Source: Myxococcota bacterium (GTDB taxonomy: Bacteria > Myxococcota_A > UBA9160 > JAFDDA01). Taken from it: a stretch of DNA of 64,000 nt. This document shows, piece by piece, positions 9,218-18,586 of the stretch. The notes under the pieces were generated by a model. It did not search any database and was not told the origin of the DNA. It saw only the letters and a list, made by a program, of their open reading frames with translations. A program made the translations under genes and the position numbers. The stretch spans positions 1,728,001 through 1,792,000 of the forward strand of contig OZ245817.1 in the NCBI GenBank assembly GCA_965228475.1, given 5' to 3'. The stretch's first letter is position 1, and every line of letters starts with the position of its first letter.

Positions 9218-10189
9218 ATGAGTCTTGCAGAACAGCAGATCCTGCTGACCGGTGGCACCGGCTCGTTCGGAAAGGCCTTCGCCCGGCGCCTGCTGCGTTC
9301 GGAAGAGGACGTCACGGTCCGGATCTACAGCCGGGACGAGCTGAAGCAGGTCGAGATGGCCCGCGAGTTCGGGGACGACCCGCGCCTCCGGTTCTTCATC
9401 GGCGACGTCCGCGATGCCAAGCGGCTGCGGCGTGCCATGCAGGGCGTCGACGTCGTCGTCCACGCGGCGGCCATGAAGCAGGTTCCGGTCTGCGAGTACA
9501 ACCCGGCCGAGGCCGTGCGCACGAACGTCGAGGGCGCCCAGAACGTGATCGATGCCGCGATCGACGCGGGCGTCCCGCGAACGATCGCCCTCTCGACGGA
9601 CAAGGCCGTGAATCCGGTGAACCTGTACGGCGCGACGAAGCTCTGCGCCGAGAAGCTCTTCGTCCATGGAAACATCTACGACGGAAGCCGGCAGTCGCGC
9701 TTCGCCTGCGTCCGCTACGGCAACGTCATGGGGAGCCGCGGTTCGGTGATCCCGCTCTTCCGGAAGCAGGCGGCCAGCGGGACGCTGACCCTGACCGACC
9801 GCCGCATGACGCGCTTCTGGCTTTCCCTCGAGCAGGCGGTGAGCCTCGTCCTGCTCTGCCTCGACGAGATGGAGGGCGGCGAGATCTTCATCCCGAAGAT
9901 CCCGAGCATGCGGATCACGGACCTCGCCCGTGCCGTGGCTCCGGAGGCGGACTGCAAGGAGATCGGCATCCGGGCCGGTGAGAAGCTCCACGAGATCCTG
10001 CTCACCGAGGAGGAGGCCCGTATGGCCGCGGAGTTCCCGACCCACTACGTGATCGGCCGCACCGGCCCGCCGGAGGGGGGCAAGGCCATTCCCGACGGCA
10101 CCAACTACTCGAGCGACACCAACACCCAGTGGATGACGGTGGAGTCGCTCCGGGACTACATCGCGGAGCTCGACGAGGCCGCGCCTTGA
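9218..10189 (+). CDS. pseB: UDP-N-acetylglucosamine 4,6-dehydratase (inverting)
   Basis: TGGTGSFG, YSRDELKQ, HAAAMKQVP, LSTDKAVNPVNLYGATK, RYGNVMGSRGSV, MTRFW, GEKLHE. Confidence 0.93.
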   Translation: MSLAEQQILLTGGTGSFGKAFARRLLRSEEDVTVRIYSRDELKQVEMAREFGDDPRLRFFIGDVRDAKRLRRAMQGVDVVVHAAAMKQVPVCEYNPAEAVRTNVEGAQNVIDAAIDAGVPRTIALSTDKAVNPVNLYGATKLCAEKLFVHGNIYDGSRQSRFACVRYGNVMGSRGSVIPLFRKQAASGTLTLTDRRMTRFWLSLEQAVSLVLLCLDEMEGGEIFIPKIPSMRITDLARAVAPEADCKEIGIRAGEKLHEILLTEEEARMAAEFPTHYVIGRTGPPEGGKAIPDGTNYSSDTNTQWMTVESLRDYIAELDEAAP

Positions 10190-11376
10190 GTCAAGCGGAT
10201 CCGCTGCCCTACGCCCGCCACGCGATCACCCCCGAAGACATCCAGGCCGTGGCGGACGTCCTGGCCGGCGCCCAGGTGGCCCAGGGCCCCGAGGCCGCTG
10301 GCTTCGAACGTGGCCTCGCCGCGGCGACGGGCGCGAGCCACGCGGTCTCCGTCTCGAGCGGAACGGCGGCGCTCCACGTGGCGCTGCGGGCCCTCGGCGT
10401 CGGCCCCGGGGACGAAGTGATCGTTCCCTCGCTCACGTTCCTCGCCACGGCCAACGCCGTGCTGTTCTGCGGCGCCCGGCCCGTCTTCGCCGACGTCGAC
10501 CCCGAGACCCTGACCCTGGACCCGGCGAGCGTCGCGGCGCGAACGACCTCGCGGACCCGCGGCGCCATTCCCGTCCACTTCGCGGGCCATCCCGCGGATA
10601 CGCGGGGCATCGCCGATGCCCTCGGGCCGGGCCGGTTCCTCGTCGAGGACGCCTGCCACGCGCTCGGCGCCCGCGCGGGCGACCGGCCGGCCGGAAGCCT
10701 CGGCGACGCCGCGTGCTTCTCCTTCCACCCCGCGAAGCACATCACGACGGGGGAGGGCGGGGCGGTCACCTGTGCCGACGACGACCTGGCCCAGCGTCTG
10801 CGTTCCTTGCGCAACCACGGCGTCGAGCGGCGCCCGGAGAACTTCCGAGGGCTCGGGCTACCGGCCGAGCTCTCGGCCGAGGAGCGCGGCCCGTGGATCT
10901 ACGAGATGCACGAGCTGGCCCCGAACTACCGCCTCTCCGAGCCCGCCGCCGCCCTCGGGCGCAGTCAGCTCCGGCGCCTCGAGGAGAACCTCCGAAGCCG
11001 CCGGGAGATCGTCGGCGTCTACGCCGAGGCCTTCGCGGATGAACCCCTGCTCCGGCTGCCGACCGAGCGCGCCGGCTACACCTCGGCGTGGCACCTCTAT
11101 CCGATCCGCCTCGAGATCGGCGCCCTGCGCGGAGGCCGGGCGGCGTTCTTCGACGGCCTGCGGCGCGCGGGGCTCGGCGTGCAGGTCCACTACATCCCCG
11201 TCCACCTTCAGCCCTACTACCGGAAGCAGCTCGGGACCGCCTGGGGCGACCTCCCGGCGACGGAGGACGCCTACCTCCGCATGCTTTCGCTCCCGCTGTT
11301 CCCGAGCGCCTCGGATGCCGAGATCGATCGGGTGATCCGCGCCGTGCGAGGGCTCGCCGTGAGGCTCCGCCGGTGA
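10186..11376 (+). CDS. pseC: PLP-dependent nucleotide-sugar aminotransferase (DegT family)
   Basis: LPYARHAI, SSGTAALH, EDACHALG, FSFHPAKHITTGEGG, VQVHYIPVHLQPYY; TTG start overlapping pseB stop. Confidence 0.88.
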   Translation: MSQADPLPYARHAITPEDIQAVADVLAGAQVAQGPEAAGFERGLAAATGASHAVSVSSGTAALHVALRALGVGPGDEVIVPSLTFLATANAVLFCGARPVFADVDPETLTLDPASVAARTTSRTRGAIPVHFAGHPADTRGIADALGPGRFLVEDACHALGARAGDRPAGSLGDAACFSFHPAKHITTGEGGAVTCADDDLAQRLRSLRNHGVERRPENFRGLGLPAELSAEERGPWIYEMHELAPNYRLSEPAAALGRSQLRRLEENLRSRREIVGVYAEAFADEPLLRLPTERAGYTSAWHLYPIRLEIGALRGGRAAFFDGLRRAGLGVQVHYIPVHLQPYYRKQLGTAWGDLPATEDAYLRMLSLPLFPSASDAEIDRVIRAVRGLAVRLRR

Positions 11377-13739
11377 GCGGCGGCGGCGCGGCGAATCCGC
11401 TGCGCCTCTTCACCGTCTTCCACGGCAACCTCGACTTTTCGGCCCTGCCGGACCGCGATCTCCCGATCGTGATCGAGCGCTGCTACTGGCCGCTGCTGGC
11501 CCTGGCTTCGGACGCCCGGATCCCGTTGGGTTTCGAGATGCCCGCCCGTACCCTCGAGCGGCTCGCCCACGAGGACCCCGAGTGGTTGAAGACCTTTCGT
11601 GAGTTGGCCGAGCGCGGCCTCGTCGAGCCGGTCGGCTCGGGCGACGTCCAGCTGATCGGTCCCCTGGTTCCCGCGGACGTGAATCGTGCGAACCTGCGGC
11701 GCGGCGCGGAGAGCTACGCCCGCCTGCTCGGGGCGCCGCCGACGACGTGGTTCGTCAACGAGCAGACCTTCTCGAGCGGGCTCGCGCCGCTCTACCACGA
11801 GGCGGGCGCCGAACGGCTCGTGATGGAGTGGAACAATCCCGCGAGCCGCCGCCCGGAACTCCGGCCGCTTCGGCACCGCTCGGCGAAGCTCGACGTCGGC
11901 GGCGGCCGCACGCTGCCCCTGCTCTGGAACGACTCGATCGTCTTCCAGAAGCTCCAGCGGACGGTGCACGGGCACACCCCGGTCCGGGACTACCTCGATG
12001 CCGTCGTCCGGGCGCAGTCCTCCGACGATTCGCCCCGAGCCCTGTGTGCCTACGGCGGCGACGTCGAGATCTTCGACTACCGGCCGGGCCACCCCGCTCC
12101 CGAGGGTGCCCGCGAAGGCCGGGAGATGGCCCGGCTCGCGGCGACGCTGCGGACGCTACGGGCGGTCCCCGGCGTGGCCTTCCGGCTCCCGCGCGACGTG
12201 TTCGGCACGGACGAGCTCGGGCCGACGGTCGAACTCAGCAGCGCCAGCGACCCGATCCCGTGCAAGAAGCAGCCTCGCTACAACCCGACGCGCTGGGCCG
12301 TCTCGGGCCGCGACGGCGCCGGCCAGAACACGCGCTGCTTCCTGCTGCATCGCTGGCTCGCGACGGAGCGTGCGCTCGCGGGCGGACCGACGACCGAGGC
12401 CGCCGGGGTCGCCAATGCGGAGGATCCGGAGCGCGATCTCGTCCGCTCCTGGGGCAGCGACTCCCGGACCCGCGCGACCGAAGAGCGCCTGCTCGCCTTC
12501 CACGCGCGCATGGGCATCGCGCTCGCCGGGGTCCGCGCCCGGGTCGATCGCCGGCTGCCGGAGCGCCGAGACGGCGAGGACGTCCTGCTGTGCAACGCCT
12601 CCCACGAGGCGTGGGAAGGCCTGCCCATCGAAGTCCCGCTGCACCTGGCGCCGGGACGCCTTCCTGATCTTCGCGCGGTGCCGGACGTCGCGGAGTTCCT
12701 TCCGCCGGGCCGCCAGCAGCTCGAAGTCCACGGCCGCTACCGCGACGGGAGCGTCCGCCGCGCGATCCTGCTCCTCGAGCCCGAGCTTCCCCCCGGCGCG
12801 CGCCTGCGTCTCCGGCTCGAGCCGGCGCTCCAGGGCGAGGGCGCAGCGGGGGGCGAAGCATCGTCCGTCGAGTCGCCGCCGGACCGGCTCGCGACCGGCG
12901 AGGTTTCTGCGGAGTTCCTCCTGCACCGTGGCGGCGCTCTGGCCGCGCTCGCCTTTCCGCGCCAGGGTCCCGCGGCCCTGCTCGGCAGCGTTCCCCACGG
13001 AAGCTACGACGAGATCGCCTACACGCCGGACTTCTACTCGGGGCACGTCGTTGCCGTCGGGGAAGACGGAAAGAAGAGAACGGACCTGGCCCGGGCCGGC
13101 GCCTTCGCGGTCCACCGTGGCGCGCTGCGGACCACCCTCGGCCTGCGCTTCGCGACGCCCATCGGCGAATGGACGAAGCTCTACCGCGTCTACGAGCGGC
13201 ATCCGCGTCTCGACCTCGTGCACGGCCTGGCGTTCCACGAGGCACGCCTCGCCTCGCTGCGCCTCGGGACGTTGACGGCCCGTCCGGACGGGTTCTCCCG
13301 TGCGGGGCTCGGGTACGAGACGATGAACGGGGGCGACACGGTCGAGCGCTTCGACCTCTCGCCGGGCTGCCGCGTCGATCAGCACGCGCCGGTTCCCGGC
13401 GCGACCACGGCGACCTCCTGCCTCGGCGCGACCGGCGGCTTCGTGACCCTGCGGGACGCCGAGCGCGCGGTGACCGTCGCCGGGGACCGCAGCCAGTCCG
13501 CGGTCGTCCCCCTGCTCGAGTTCAACGACGTCGACGGCGGCTACTTCCTGCGGCTGCATCACACCCTCGCCGAGAGCGACGAGACCCGCGCGACCTTCCT
13601 GCGTGGCTTCCGCCGCGTCGCCTTCGCCGTGGTCGGCCACCCGCCGCAAGGGGGCGAAGGCCGGCGCCACGCCGGGGCGCTCCAGCGGGGTCTCCTCTAT
13701 CGAACGGAGCACGGAATTGGAATCGCACGCGGCGTTTGA
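11373..13739 (+). CDS. Glycoside hydrolase family 57-like protein
   Basis: FHGNL, ERCYWPLL, QLIGPL, FVNEQ (nucleophile region) and YGGDVEIF (acid/base region); GTGA overlap with pseC. Confidence 0.7.
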   Translation: MSGGGAANPLRLFTVFHGNLDFSALPDRDLPIVIERCYWPLLALASDARIPLGFEMPARTLERLAHEDPEWLKTFRELAERGLVEPVGSGDVQLIGPLVPADVNRANLRRGAESYARLLGAPPTTWFVNEQTFSSGLAPLYHEAGAERLVMEWNNPASRRPELRPLRHRSAKLDVGGGRTLPLLWNDSIVFQKLQRTVHGHTPVRDYLDAVVRAQSSDDSPRALCAYGGDVEIFDYRPGHPAPEGAREGREMARLAATLRTLRAVPGVAFRLPRDVFGTDELGPTVELSSASDPIPCKKQPRYNPTRWAVSGRDGAGQNTRCFLLHRWLATERALAGGPTTEAAGVANAEDPERDLVRSWGSDSRTRATEERLLAFHARMGIALAGVRARVDRRLPERRDGEDVLLCNASHEAWEGLPIEVPLHLAPGRLPDLRAVPDVAEFLPPGRQQLEVHGRYRDGSVRRAILLLEPELPPGARLRLRLEPALQGEGAAGGEASSVESPPDRLATGEVSAEFLLHRGGALAALAFPRQGPAALLGSVPHGSYDEIAYTPDFYSGHVVAVGEDGKKRTDLARAGAFAVHRGALRTTLGLRFATPIGEWTKLYRVYERHPRLDLVHGLAFHEARLASLRLGTLTARPDGFSRAGLGYETMNGGDTVERFDLSPGCRVDQHAPVPGATTATSCLGATGGFVTLRDAERAVTVAGDRSQSAVVPLLEFNDVDGGYFLRLHHTLAESDETRATFLRGFRRVAFAVVGHPPQGGEGRRHAGALQRGLLYRTEHGIGIARGV

Positions 13740-15621
13740 ACGCAACCTGGCGCGGATTCGTCGGCGCAACGCGCCTTCGGCCCGGCTCGTCGAGACCAGT
13801 ACCGACCCGACGATCCGCGTGGTCGAAGGGCCGAAGGGCGCCTCGACGATCTCCGTCGGCGGCAAGCTCCTGGGCTCCGCCTACGATCCGAAGGCCGAGG
13901 GCGAGCGCCTGGCCGGGAGCTGGCTGAAGGAGAAGACCGACGTGCTCGTGGCGGTCGGCTTCGGTCTCGGGCACCAGCTCGAAGCGTTCCGCGAGCGGAA
14001 CCCGTGCCCCATCCTGATCTACGAGCCGTCTCCGGCACGCCTGCGCGCCGCCCTCGAGACGCGCTCCTTCCCGCTCCTCGAAGAGGACGACGTGTGGCTC
14101 ACGACGGAGCTCACGCCCCTCGGCGGATTGCTCGCTCGCTACTACGTCCCCGGCCTGTCCATCCGGGTCGCCCCGCACCCGGCGCTGCTCGACCTCGACC
14201 CGGCGGCCGTGCAGGATGCCGTCGCCCAGGTCCGGCAGACGAAGAACGCCCTCGACATCACCGCGGCCACGCGCGTCGAGAAATCGGCGGCGTGGGCGGG
14301 GTTGACGGTCGAGAACCTTCCGGAGTGGCTGCCGTCTCCGAGCGCCTTCGCGCTGAAGAACGCCTTCGAGGGCATGCCCGCCGTGGTATGCGCGGCCGGC
14401 CCCTCCCTCGATGCGCAGCTGCCCCGACTCCGCGAGTACCAGGACCGGGTGTTGATCGTGGCGATCGGCCAGGTCGTCGGGTCGCTGCGCGCGGCGGGGA
14501 TCCGTCCCCACCTCGTCCACATCGTCGAGTCCCAGGACGTCCGCCACCATCTCGTCGACGCCGATGGGCAGGGCAGCGAGGATCTCGACCTCTTCGTCCT
14601 CGCGAACGTCTTCCCGGGGCTCTTCGAGCCGCCCGTCCGAACGCGCTACCACGTGCCGATCCAGGCCGACAGCGTGGCGACCTGGCTGCGCGGCTTCGCC
14701 GGCGACGCCCGCGGGATGCACAGCGGCGGAACGGTGGCACAGACCGCGGTGTTCCTGGCGCGCGTCCTCGGTGCCGACCCGGTGCTCCTGATCGGCCAGG
14801 ATCTCGCCTACACGAATCAACGCGCCTATGCGAAGGGCAGCAGCTACGACGGCGTCGGCTTCCAGGAAGACGGCGAGGGTCACTACCGCCTGACGCGGAT
14901 CGACCGCAAGATGCGCCACTTCCGCAAGGTGAAGGGGCCGGCGCGGACGCAGCCGCGGGAACTGGTCTGGGTGCCGGGCTGGGGCGGCGAGCGCGTCGCG
15001 ACCTCGCCCGCCTACGCCTCCTTCCGGGAGACCTACCGCGACATCGCGGCCTCGGTCGAGCGCGATGGCGGACGCCTGATCAACTGCACGGAGGGGGGTG
15101 CCCTGATCCCCGGCGTCGATCACGAGCCCTTCGCCGCGATGCTCGAGCGCCACGCGGCGCCGGGGCCCGTCGCGATCTCGGAGCGGATCGCCAAGGTGCA
15201 CGCCGAGCATGCTCCCCTCGAACGCGAACCGTTCGAGCAGGGTCTCGCACGCCTCGACCGGGCCCTCGACGCGCTCGAGCGCGATGCCCGGGATGGACTC
15301 GAGGGTGCGGAGAAGGCGCTCCGGGCGCTCTCGCGCCGGACGAGCCAGCAGCGCCAGATCGATCTGCTGCGCGGCATCGGGCGCTGCGAACGGCGCGTCC
15401 AGAAGGGGCTCGCCGGGGTGCCGTGGCTCGACCCGCTGATCCAGGCGGCTCTGCACGAGGCCATTGCGGAGTCCCGCCGCCGCGGCGGTGCGACACCGAC
15501 CGCGGAGCACGCCGCCGAAGAATCGAAGACGCTCTTCGAGACCACGATCGAAGGGATCGAGCGCGCGCGGGAGATGCGCTCGCGGATCGAGGAACGTCTC
15601 GAGACCTGTCTGCCGTCCTAG
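13717..15621 (+). CDS. maf: Motility-associated factor (Maf/DUF115) flagellin nonulosonate glycosyltransferase
   Basis: LGSAYDP, GFGLGH, VVCAAGPSLD, GIRPHLV, GGTVA, LIGQDLAY, LINCTEGGALI, C-terminal helical bundle; TTG start inferred. Confidence 0.85.
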   Translation: MESHAAFERNLARIRRRNAPSARLVETSTDPTIRVVEGPKGASTISVGGKLLGSAYDPKAEGERLAGSWLKEKTDVLVAVGFGLGHQLEAFRERNPCPILIYEPSPARLRAALETRSFPLLEEDDVWLTTELTPLGGLLARYYVPGLSIRVAPHPALLDLDPAAVQDAVAQVRQTKNALDITAATRVEKSAAWAGLTVENLPEWLPSPSAFALKNAFEGMPAVVCAAGPSLDAQLPRLREYQDRVLIVAIGQVVGSLRAAGIRPHLVHIVESQDVRHHLVDADGQGSEDLDLFVLANVFPGLFEPPVRTRYHVPIQADSVATWLRGFAGDARGMHSGGTVAQTAVFLARVLGADPVLLIGQDLAYTNQRAYAKGSSYDGVGFQEDGEGHYRLTRIDRKMRHFRKVKGPARTQPRELVWVPGWGGERVATSPAYASFRETYRDIAASVERDGGRLINCTEGGALIPGVDHEPFAAMLERHAAPGPVAISERIAKVHAEHAPLEREPFEQGLARLDRALDALERDARDGLEGAEKALRALSRRTSQQRQIDLLRGIGRCERRVQKGLAGVPWLDPLIQAALHEAIAESRRRGGATPTAEHAAEESKTLFETTIEGIERAREMRSRIEERLETCLPS

Positions 15622-16328
15622 CCCAGGTCTGCGTTGATCTCTGCGAGTTCCGGGCGGAGCTCGAGCCGCTCGATCAGGTCTTCCGTCGTGAAGTCCGCAC
15701 TCCCGAACTCCGCGTAGACCGCCTGGGCGAACCGGAGGTCGTCCGGGAGGTCGACGCACAGCCGCCAGCCGGGCCGGGGGCCGTGGCCTTCGGGCGCCGG
15801 GGCGACGGCCAGCTTGAACGCGTCCGGGTGGTGCTCTGCGAGCAGCGCCAGGTGTTCCCGCTCCTCCCGCGTGGCGTGGCCGGTGTGGAAGCGGTCGAGG
15901 ACGCGCCGGGAGAAGGGGTCGATCCCGATGTGCAGGGTCGGCCGGTCGAAGGTGGCGTAGTCGCCGTCCTGGTCGACGAGCGCGCGGGCCAGGCGGCCGA
16001 CGGCTTCCGGACAGACGAAAGGGCAGTCTCCGGTCACCCGGATCAGGTGGTCGAGGCGCCAGGCGTCGGCGCAGGCGACGAAGCGCCCGAGGACGTCGTC
16101 GACGTCGTCGGCCCGCAGGCAGGGCACCGAGAGTTCGTGGCAGAGCGCCTCGACGGCGTGGTCGCGCGGATCGGTGCTCGTCGCCACCGCGACCTGATCG
16201 ACGTGGTCCGCCCGCGCGAGCCGTTCGAGGATGCGTTCGAGCATCGGCCGGCCCGCGAGCTCGGCGAGCACCTTGCCGGGCAGACGTCGGCTTCCCATTC
16301 GGACCTGTACGACGACACCGGTTCTCAT
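15618..16328 (-). CDS. Cytidylyltransferase, SpsF/PseF-like CMP-nonulosonate synthetase
   Basis: VQVRMGSRRLPGKVL, DDVLGRF, IRVTGDCPF, REH, RLCVDLPDD. Confidence 0.85.
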   Translation of the reverse strand: MRTGVVVQVRMGSRRLPGKVLAELAGRPMLERILERLARADHVDQVAVATSTDPRDHAVEALCHELSVPCLRADDVDDVLGRFVACADAWRLDHLIRVTGDCPFVCPEAVGRLARALVDQDGDYATFDRPTLHIGIDPFSRRVLDRFHTGHATREEREHLALLAEHHPDAFKLAVAPAPEGHGPRPGWRLCVDLPDDLRFAQAVYAEFGSADFTTEDLIERLELRPELAEINADLG

Positions 16329-17416
16329 CGGGCCTCCCCAGCGCTTCCGGCCACGCCTTCCCGGCACGGGAGACGCGTCCGGCCTCCGGTCTCGTCATCG
16401 GCACGAAGCGTGCGGGACAGGAGGAGATCGAGGATCCGGGCCGCTCCACGGCCGTCTCCGAGCAACGCCTTCGCCCGGGCCGCGCTCGACTCCCGGAAGG
16501 CCGCGTCGAGGAGGCTTCCTTCGAGCAGGGCTCCGACGGCGTCCGGGTCGAGGGATCCGCCGTATCCGCCCGCGACCCCGACGCCGCGCGCCTCGAGGCG
16601 GTGGGCATGGGGGACGTCGGATGCGTGGTGGGTGAAGCTCACGAAGGGGACGCCGAGCCAGGCGAGCTCCTGGGCGGTCGTCCCGAAGCCGATCACGGCC
16701 GCCGCCGCGCGGCGCGCGAGGGCGACGAAGTCGGCGCGGGGCAGGGCGCGGTGCACGGTGAAGCCGGCCTCGCGCGCGCGCTCGGCAACGGCGTCGGGCC
16801 GGGCGAAGGAGGGCCCGACGACGGCGTGCAGCGCCGGCGCCGAGGCTCCGCGCCAGCGGCCGGCCGCCTGCGCGACGGGTTCGAGGAGCCGTTCGGTCAG
16901 GCCGAGGGGGTCGGCTCCGCCGAGCGAGAGCAGGAAGACGTCGCGTTCATGGTTCGCAGCAAGCGGTGCGGCGCGAACCGCCTCCGGAACGATGCACCAG
17001 TCGGCGCCGGCTCGAATGCGAGGATGTTCCGTTGGCGCGGCGTGGAGGACGGGCAGGACGGTCGCATCCGCCACATCGGCGAGATCCGTTCGGTCGAGGA
17101 CCAGCGTTGGCCAGCCCGCCTCGGCCAGGGCGATGACGTCCTCACGGCATGCGTCGCGGGTATCGAAGAGGGCGGCGCGGGGCTTCGCGTCGGTCGCGCC
17201 GATCAGATCGGCGCCGCGGTCCCACGGCCGGCACGGAACGCCCGGCAGCTCGCTCTTCACCCACGCGCGGCCGCTCTCGTCCCCGCGCAGCGCGACGCTG
17301 GCGCGCAGGCCGCGGGCCAGGGCTTCGCGCACGAGCTCCGCGCTCCGCATCACGTGTCCGAGGCCGGTCTCCCGCCCCCCGGACACGACGAAGAGGAGCT
17401 CGGGCCCGCTCGTCAC
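16325..17416 (-). CDS. PseG/SpsG-like nucleotide-sugar hydrolase (GT-B fold)
   Basis: GRETGLGHVMRS, LSLGGADP, VVGPSF, FGTTAQELAWLGVP, DGRGAARI. Confidence 0.8.
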   Translation of the reverse strand: MTSGPELLFVVSGGRETGLGHVMRSAELVREALARGLRASVALRGDESGRAWVKSELPGVPCRPWDRGADLIGATDAKPRAALFDTRDACREDVIALAEAGWPTLVLDRTDLADVADATVLPVLHAAPTEHPRIRAGADWCIVPEAVRAAPLAANHERDVFLLSLGGADPLGLTERLLEPVAQAAGRWRGASAPALHAVVGPSFARPDAVAERAREAGFTVHRALPRADFVALARRAAAAVIGFGTTAQELAWLGVPFVSFTHHASDVPHAHRLEARGVGVAGGYGGSLDPDAVGALLEGSLLDAAFRESSAARAKALLGDGRGAARILDLLLSRTLRADDETGGRTRLPCREGVAGSAGEAR

Positions 17417-18375
17417 AAGCTTGCCCCGAGCGACCGGCGCGTGGCCCGAAGCGGGCGCAGGCCATCCCCCGGGTCGGCTCGCCAGGCCCGCTCCGCTCGC
17501 TCCGAGGGGGCGGCCGACTTCTCACCGCTGCCGTCCGCGGCGCGGCCGCAGCGGACCTGGCGGATCAGCTCTTCCATGGCCTCGGGCAGCCAGCAGTGCC
17601 CCGCGGAGAACTCTTCCCCTTCGCCTTCGAGGTCGAGGTGGAACTCGACCATCTCGGCACCGTGGGCGTGGACCGCGCGGTGGATCACGCCGGGCTCGAG
17701 GCTGTGGTCGCTCCAGCCGACGCGGAAGCGCCCGGCCCCGGGCGCCAGGCGTCGCAGCGTATCGATGGCCGAGAGGTTCGCTTCGTCCGCGGGCATGGGA
17801 TAGGTCGACACGCAGTGGAGGACGGTCAGGTCCTCGGCTCCGGCCGCGGTGGCGACTTCGATGGCGTGGGCGACCTCCGCGTGGTCCGCCATGCCGGTCG
17901 AGAGCACGAGCGGCAGGCCCGTGGCGGCGCAGGCGGCGATCAGTCCGTCCCAGAGAAGCTCGTAGGAGGCGACCTTGTAGAAGTCGACGTGGGGTTCGAG
18001 CTCCTCAACGGCGCGCAGGTCGAAGGGCGTGCAGCCGAAGCCGATGCCGAGCTCGCGCGAGCGCTCCGCCAGCGGGGCCAGGAAGTCGACGGGCAGTTCC
18101 CAGCGCTCGCGCTCGCGATGCTCCGGGCTTCGCGCCAGGACCTCCGGGGCGAAGAGCTCCCCCACCCGGAAGAGCTGGAACTTGACCGCGTCGCAGCCGA
18201 TCGCCGCGGAGCGTTCGACGAAGGCCAGACAGCGCTCGAAGTCGCGGTGGTGGTTGCTCGAGACCTCGGCCACGAAGCTCGGGGTGCGCCGGCTCCAGTC
18301 TGCGGGGTTCTCCGCCCGGAAGCTTCTGCCCGAGGCGGCCTCCGGCGCGTTTCGTGCTGCAACGTTGCGTTTCAT
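17413..18375 (-). CDS. NeuB/PseI-family nonulosonic acid synthase, apparently lacking the C-terminal SAF domain
   Basis: AEVSSNH, DAVKFQ, CTPFD, YKVASYE, LSTGM, LHCVSTYP, GWSDHS, VEFH; ends in RADPGDGLRP. Confidence 0.88.
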   Translation of the reverse strand: MKRNVAARNAPEAASGRSFRAENPADWSRRTPSFVAEVSSNHHRDFERCLAFVERSAAIGCDAVKFQLFRVGELFAPEVLARSPEHRERERWELPVDFLAPLAERSRELGIGFGCTPFDLRAVEELEPHVDFYKVASYELLWDGLIAACAATGLPLVLSTGMADHAEVAHAIEVATAAGAEDLTVLHCVSTYPMPADEANLSAIDTLRRLAPGAGRFRVGWSDHSLEPGVIHRAVHAHGAEMVEFHLDLEGEGEEFSAGHCWLPEAMEELIRQVRCGRAADGSGEKSAAPSERAERAWRADPGDGLRPLRATRRSLGASL

Positions 18376-18449
18376 CTTGAAACCCCACCCGGAAGGTTCT
18401 TCCCGTTCGAGGAGCCATCGCGGCCCCTCGAAGCCCGAAAGCTCGAATG

Positions 18450-18465
18450 TGCAAGAGGCATGCCC
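18450..18465 (-). promoter_or_regulatory. sigma54 promoter for the neuB-pseG-pseF-like operon
   Basis: Minus strand GGGCAT-GCCTC-TTGCA (GG-N10-GC spacing). Confidence 0.65.
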
Positions 18466-18497
18466 CGTTTCCGGCCCCGGGGCCGGATCTCGGGGGT

Positions 18498-18513
18498 TGG
18501 CATGACGCTTGCT
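18498..18513 (+). promoter_or_regulatory. sigma54 promoter for the hypothetical-PilZ-TPR-regulator operon
   Basis: TGGCAT-GACGC-TTGCT. Confidence 0.8.
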
Positions 18514-18586
18514 CATTCCTTCGCCCGGGGGAGCCGCGCGGCCCGGCACCGGGCTCGACGCCGCCGGACCTCCACAGGGGGGAAGC

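Noticed and set aside
13522..18185. Very long ORFs 14004-18185 (+, 1393 aa) and 13522-16608 (-, 1028 aa)
   Set aside because: Arg/Pro/Ala-rich shadow frames overlapping well-supported genes; expected in high-GC DNA with few stop codons
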